A stretch of 36,088 bases of DNA from an uncultured Myxococcota bacterium (GTDB taxonomy: Bacteria; Myxococcota_A; Polyangia; Polyangiales; Houyiibacteriaceae), in the NCBI GenBank assembly GCA_964196015.1, contig CAXMRM010000033.1, positions 1 through 36,088 on the forward strand. The letters are read 5' to 3'. The position numbers were made by a program, and so were the translations under genes. Positions 36,088-36,088 of this stretch are shown here, in pieces. A model generated the notes under the pieces. That model was not told the DNA's origin, searched no databases, and was given only the letters and a program-made list of their open reading frames with translations. How positions within the stretch are numbered: the first letter of the stretch is position 1; the number at the start of each line of letters is the position of its first letter.

Positions 36088-36088
36088 A

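Noticed and set aside
1-36088. CRISPR arrays, tRNA/rRNA, IS elements, prophage or defence systems
   Set aside because: No regularly spaced repeats, cloverleaf or rRNA signatures, or transposase, integrase, nuclease or RT motifs were seen. The DinG here is the housekeeping YoaA type with no cas genes nearby.

Overview
High-GC bacterial chromosomal window, most likely Myxococcota/Polyangia (inferred from the TIGR02266/PilZ-PEGA protein, TonB_C-fused TonB-dependent receptor, Ser/Thr kinase-PEGA and Cys-rich lipoproteins). About 34 CDS. I see no rRNA, tRNA, CRISPR, transposase or integrase. Left third: housekeeping and envelope genes (ABC ATPase tail, rhodanese, ALDH, DinG/YoaA helicase, rhomboid, PilZ-PEGA, folK with an extra domain, xseA, aroE, bestrophin, yggU, lgt). 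Middle: a TonB-dependent receptor-lipoprotein pair, a Ser/Thr kinase-LysM/TPR pair, and a complete phosphate island (pstSCAB-phoU, phoBR, phosphate porin, DUF47-pit) with two clear PHO boxes. Right end: ychF, then the best candidate for a novel system. This is a co-oriented cluster with two proteins that carry the full PHM/dopamine-beta-hydroxylase copper-ligand pattern (one fused to a cytochrome c-like domain and truncated by the window edge), a YceI protein and a His/Cys-rich lipoprotein. Other notable signals are a candidate structured RNA upstream of pstS, repeated leaderless-type -10 elements, a local strand-skew switch around a hairpin and sigma54 promoter, and a probable FolK-archease-like fusion. 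All family calls come from motif recognition by eye, not database searches.
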